From Aquifex aeolicus VF5 (GTDB lineage: Bacteria > Aquificota > Aquificia > Aquificales > Aquificaceae), in NCBI RefSeq assembly GCF_000008625.1, contig NC_000918.1, forward strand, positions 630,001 through 662,000: a stretch of DNA of 32,000 nucleotides. Direction: 5' to 3'. Position 1 is the first letter of the stretch. Every line of letters begins with the position of its first letter. The position numbers were made by a program, and so were the translations under genes. Below, in pieces: positions 30,510-32,000 of this stretch. Under the pieces are notes generated by a model. The model saw only the letters and a list, made by a program, of their open reading frames with translations, did not search any database and had not been told where the DNA came from.

Positions 30510-32000
30510 TTAAACTACCCTTATCTCCATCTCCTCGTCTCCGTACAGGTGTACTGCACAGGCAAGACATGGATCAAAACTGTGGATTGTTCTGAGAATC
30601 TCAACAGGTTCCTTGGGATTGTGCAGACTGTGCCCTACTAAGGAAGCCTCGTAAGCCGATGGATTTCCCTTTGCGTCTCTCGGAGAGGCGTTCCAAGTCG
30701 TGGGGACTACGGCCTGGTAATTTTCGAGTTTTCCGTCTTTTATGTGTACCCAGTGGGATAGAGAACCTCTAGGAGCTTCCATAAAGCCTACTCCTTTTGT
30801 TTCCTTTGGCCACGTTGAGGGTTCCCACTTCTCAGGATTAAAGACGTCGTAATTTCCCTTTTTGACGTTTTCCATGAGTTCCGAAAACCAGTTCTTCATG
30901 CTAAAGGAGTAAAGTTTTGTCTCGAGCGCTCTCGCGAAAGTTCTTCCCATAGTTGAAAACATTCCTTCGAAGGGTACGTCCATTTCCTTTAAGTGTTTTT
31001 CAACTTCCTCCCTTATACCGTACATATCCCTTGCATACAGAGCGAGAATTCTGGAAAGAGGTCCTACTTCAACCGAGTAGTCCTTGTAACGGGGAGCTTT
31101 TAACCAAGAGTACTTTCCTTCGACGTTGAGGTATTCATAAGGGGGTTTGGGACCCGTGTAGTTCAAATTAGTCTCACCTTCCCAAGGGTGTAAGGGTTTG
31201 TCGTCACCCACGGAGTATTTGTACCAGCTGTGAGTGACGTACTCTTTTACCTCATTTATGTTCACTTCTTCAAAATCCTTTAGGTTTCTGCCTTTTATGA
31301 AAGTAGGTGGTATGAACCACTTTCCTTCTCTCCAGGAGTCCTTTTCCGGTTCTCCGAGCACTAAGAAGTTTCCGAGCCCTTCCCCTTTAAAGAACCAGTC
31401 CTTGTAGTATTTCCCTAGAACTTTAATGTCAGGCAGGTAAACCTTCACGGTAAAGTCGTACATCTCGTCTATAAGGGTTTTTATTCTTCCGAGTTTTTCC
31501 ATGTTTATGGCCGTATCACTTTCCGGATTTATTGGAGCTGCCATACCTCCTACGGCAAAGTTCGGGTGTGGATTCTTTCCTCCTATTATCGTGTGAACTT
31601 GAACTATCCTAGTTTGCCAGTCAAGTGCGTCAAGGTAATGGGCTATGAGCATGAGGTTAAGTTCAGGCGGAAGTTTGTACTCGGGATGATTCCAGTATCC
31701 TTTGTTAAATATCCCCAGCTGTCCCCTCTCTACCTGCTGTTTTATCTTTTTCTGAACTTCCCTGAAATATCCAGGTGTGGATTTTTCGTAATTAGACAAG
31801 GATTGGGCAAGCCTTGAAGTCTCATAAGGATCTGCTTTTAGAGCTTGTACGGGATTTACCCAGTCGAGGAGGTGAAGGTGGTAAAAGTGAACTACGTGAT
31901 CGTGAACGAATATAGTACCTATTATTAACTTCCTAAGGAGGGAAGCGTTTACGGGGACGTTTATGGAAAGTGCGTCTTCCACTGCCCTGACTGAGGCTAT
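30510..32000 (-). CDS. [NiFe]-hydrogenase large subunit (partial; 5' end beyond window)
   Basis: C-terminal DPCLACAVHLYGDEEMEIRVV; PHPNFAVGGMAAPI; the frame remains open to the window end (IASVRAVEDALSINVP...). Confidence 0.92.
   Translation of the reverse strand: MASVRAVEDALSINVPVNASLLRKLIIGTIFVHDHVVHFYHLHLLDWVNPVQALKADPYETSRLAQSLSNYEKSTPGYFREVQKKIKQQVERGQLGIFNKGYWNHPEYKLPPELNLMLIAHYLDALDWQTRIVQVHTIIGGKNPHPNFAVGGMAAPINPESDTAINMEKLGRIKTLIDEMYDFTVKVYLPDIKVLGKYYKDWFFKGEGLGNFLVLGEPEKDSWREGKWFIPPTFIKGRNLKDFEEVNINEVKEYVTHSWYKYSVGDDKPLHPWEGETNLNYTGPKPPYEYLNVEGKYSWLKAPRYKDYSVEVGPLSRILALYARDMYGIREEVEKHLKEMDVPFEGMFSTMGRTFARALETKLYSFSMKNWFSELMENVKKGNYDVFNPEKWEPSTWPKETKGVGFMEAPRGSLSHWVHIKDGKLENYQAVVPTTWNASPRDAKGNPSAYEASLVGHSLHNPKEPVEILRTIHSFDPCLACAVHLYGDEEMEIRVV

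Overview
The window is dense thermophile chromosome. The RNase III, LeuC, GlyQ and FtsY proteins and the gene order match my recollection of Aquifex aeolicus; no search was run. Most of it is housekeeping: ispE, dapB, ftsY, argS, rph, queF, a tRNA-Ser(GCU), purS, ftsH, leuC, glyQ, rnc, hemH, pheA, rplT, pheS, lepB, ispF, pgsA, nadE and a [NiFe]-hydrogenase large subunit that runs off the right edge. The unusual region is about 19.05-24.54 kb, a split relic of a CRISPR system that the ORF track does not show as such. It has five parts. (1) A broken cas6-like gene spans 19050-19794, with one frameshift and two in-frame TAG codons. (2) An almost perfectly duplicated leader of about 240 bp lies at 19832-20070 and 23856-24094 (offset exactly 4024, one mismatch found by eye). 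(3) The second leader abuts a minimal CRISPR array of two repeats, GTTCCTAATGTACC..GGAG.TTRAAAC, and one 40-nt spacer. (4) A second, unrelated-looking 29-mer, GTTAYGCCCTAATAATGAGGGATTGYGAY, sits at the leader junction in copy 1 and one spacer-length (37 nt) past the last ordinary repeat in copy 2. (5) A small orphan ORF begins inside or just beyond that element. Housekeeping genes occupy the space between the two leader copies.
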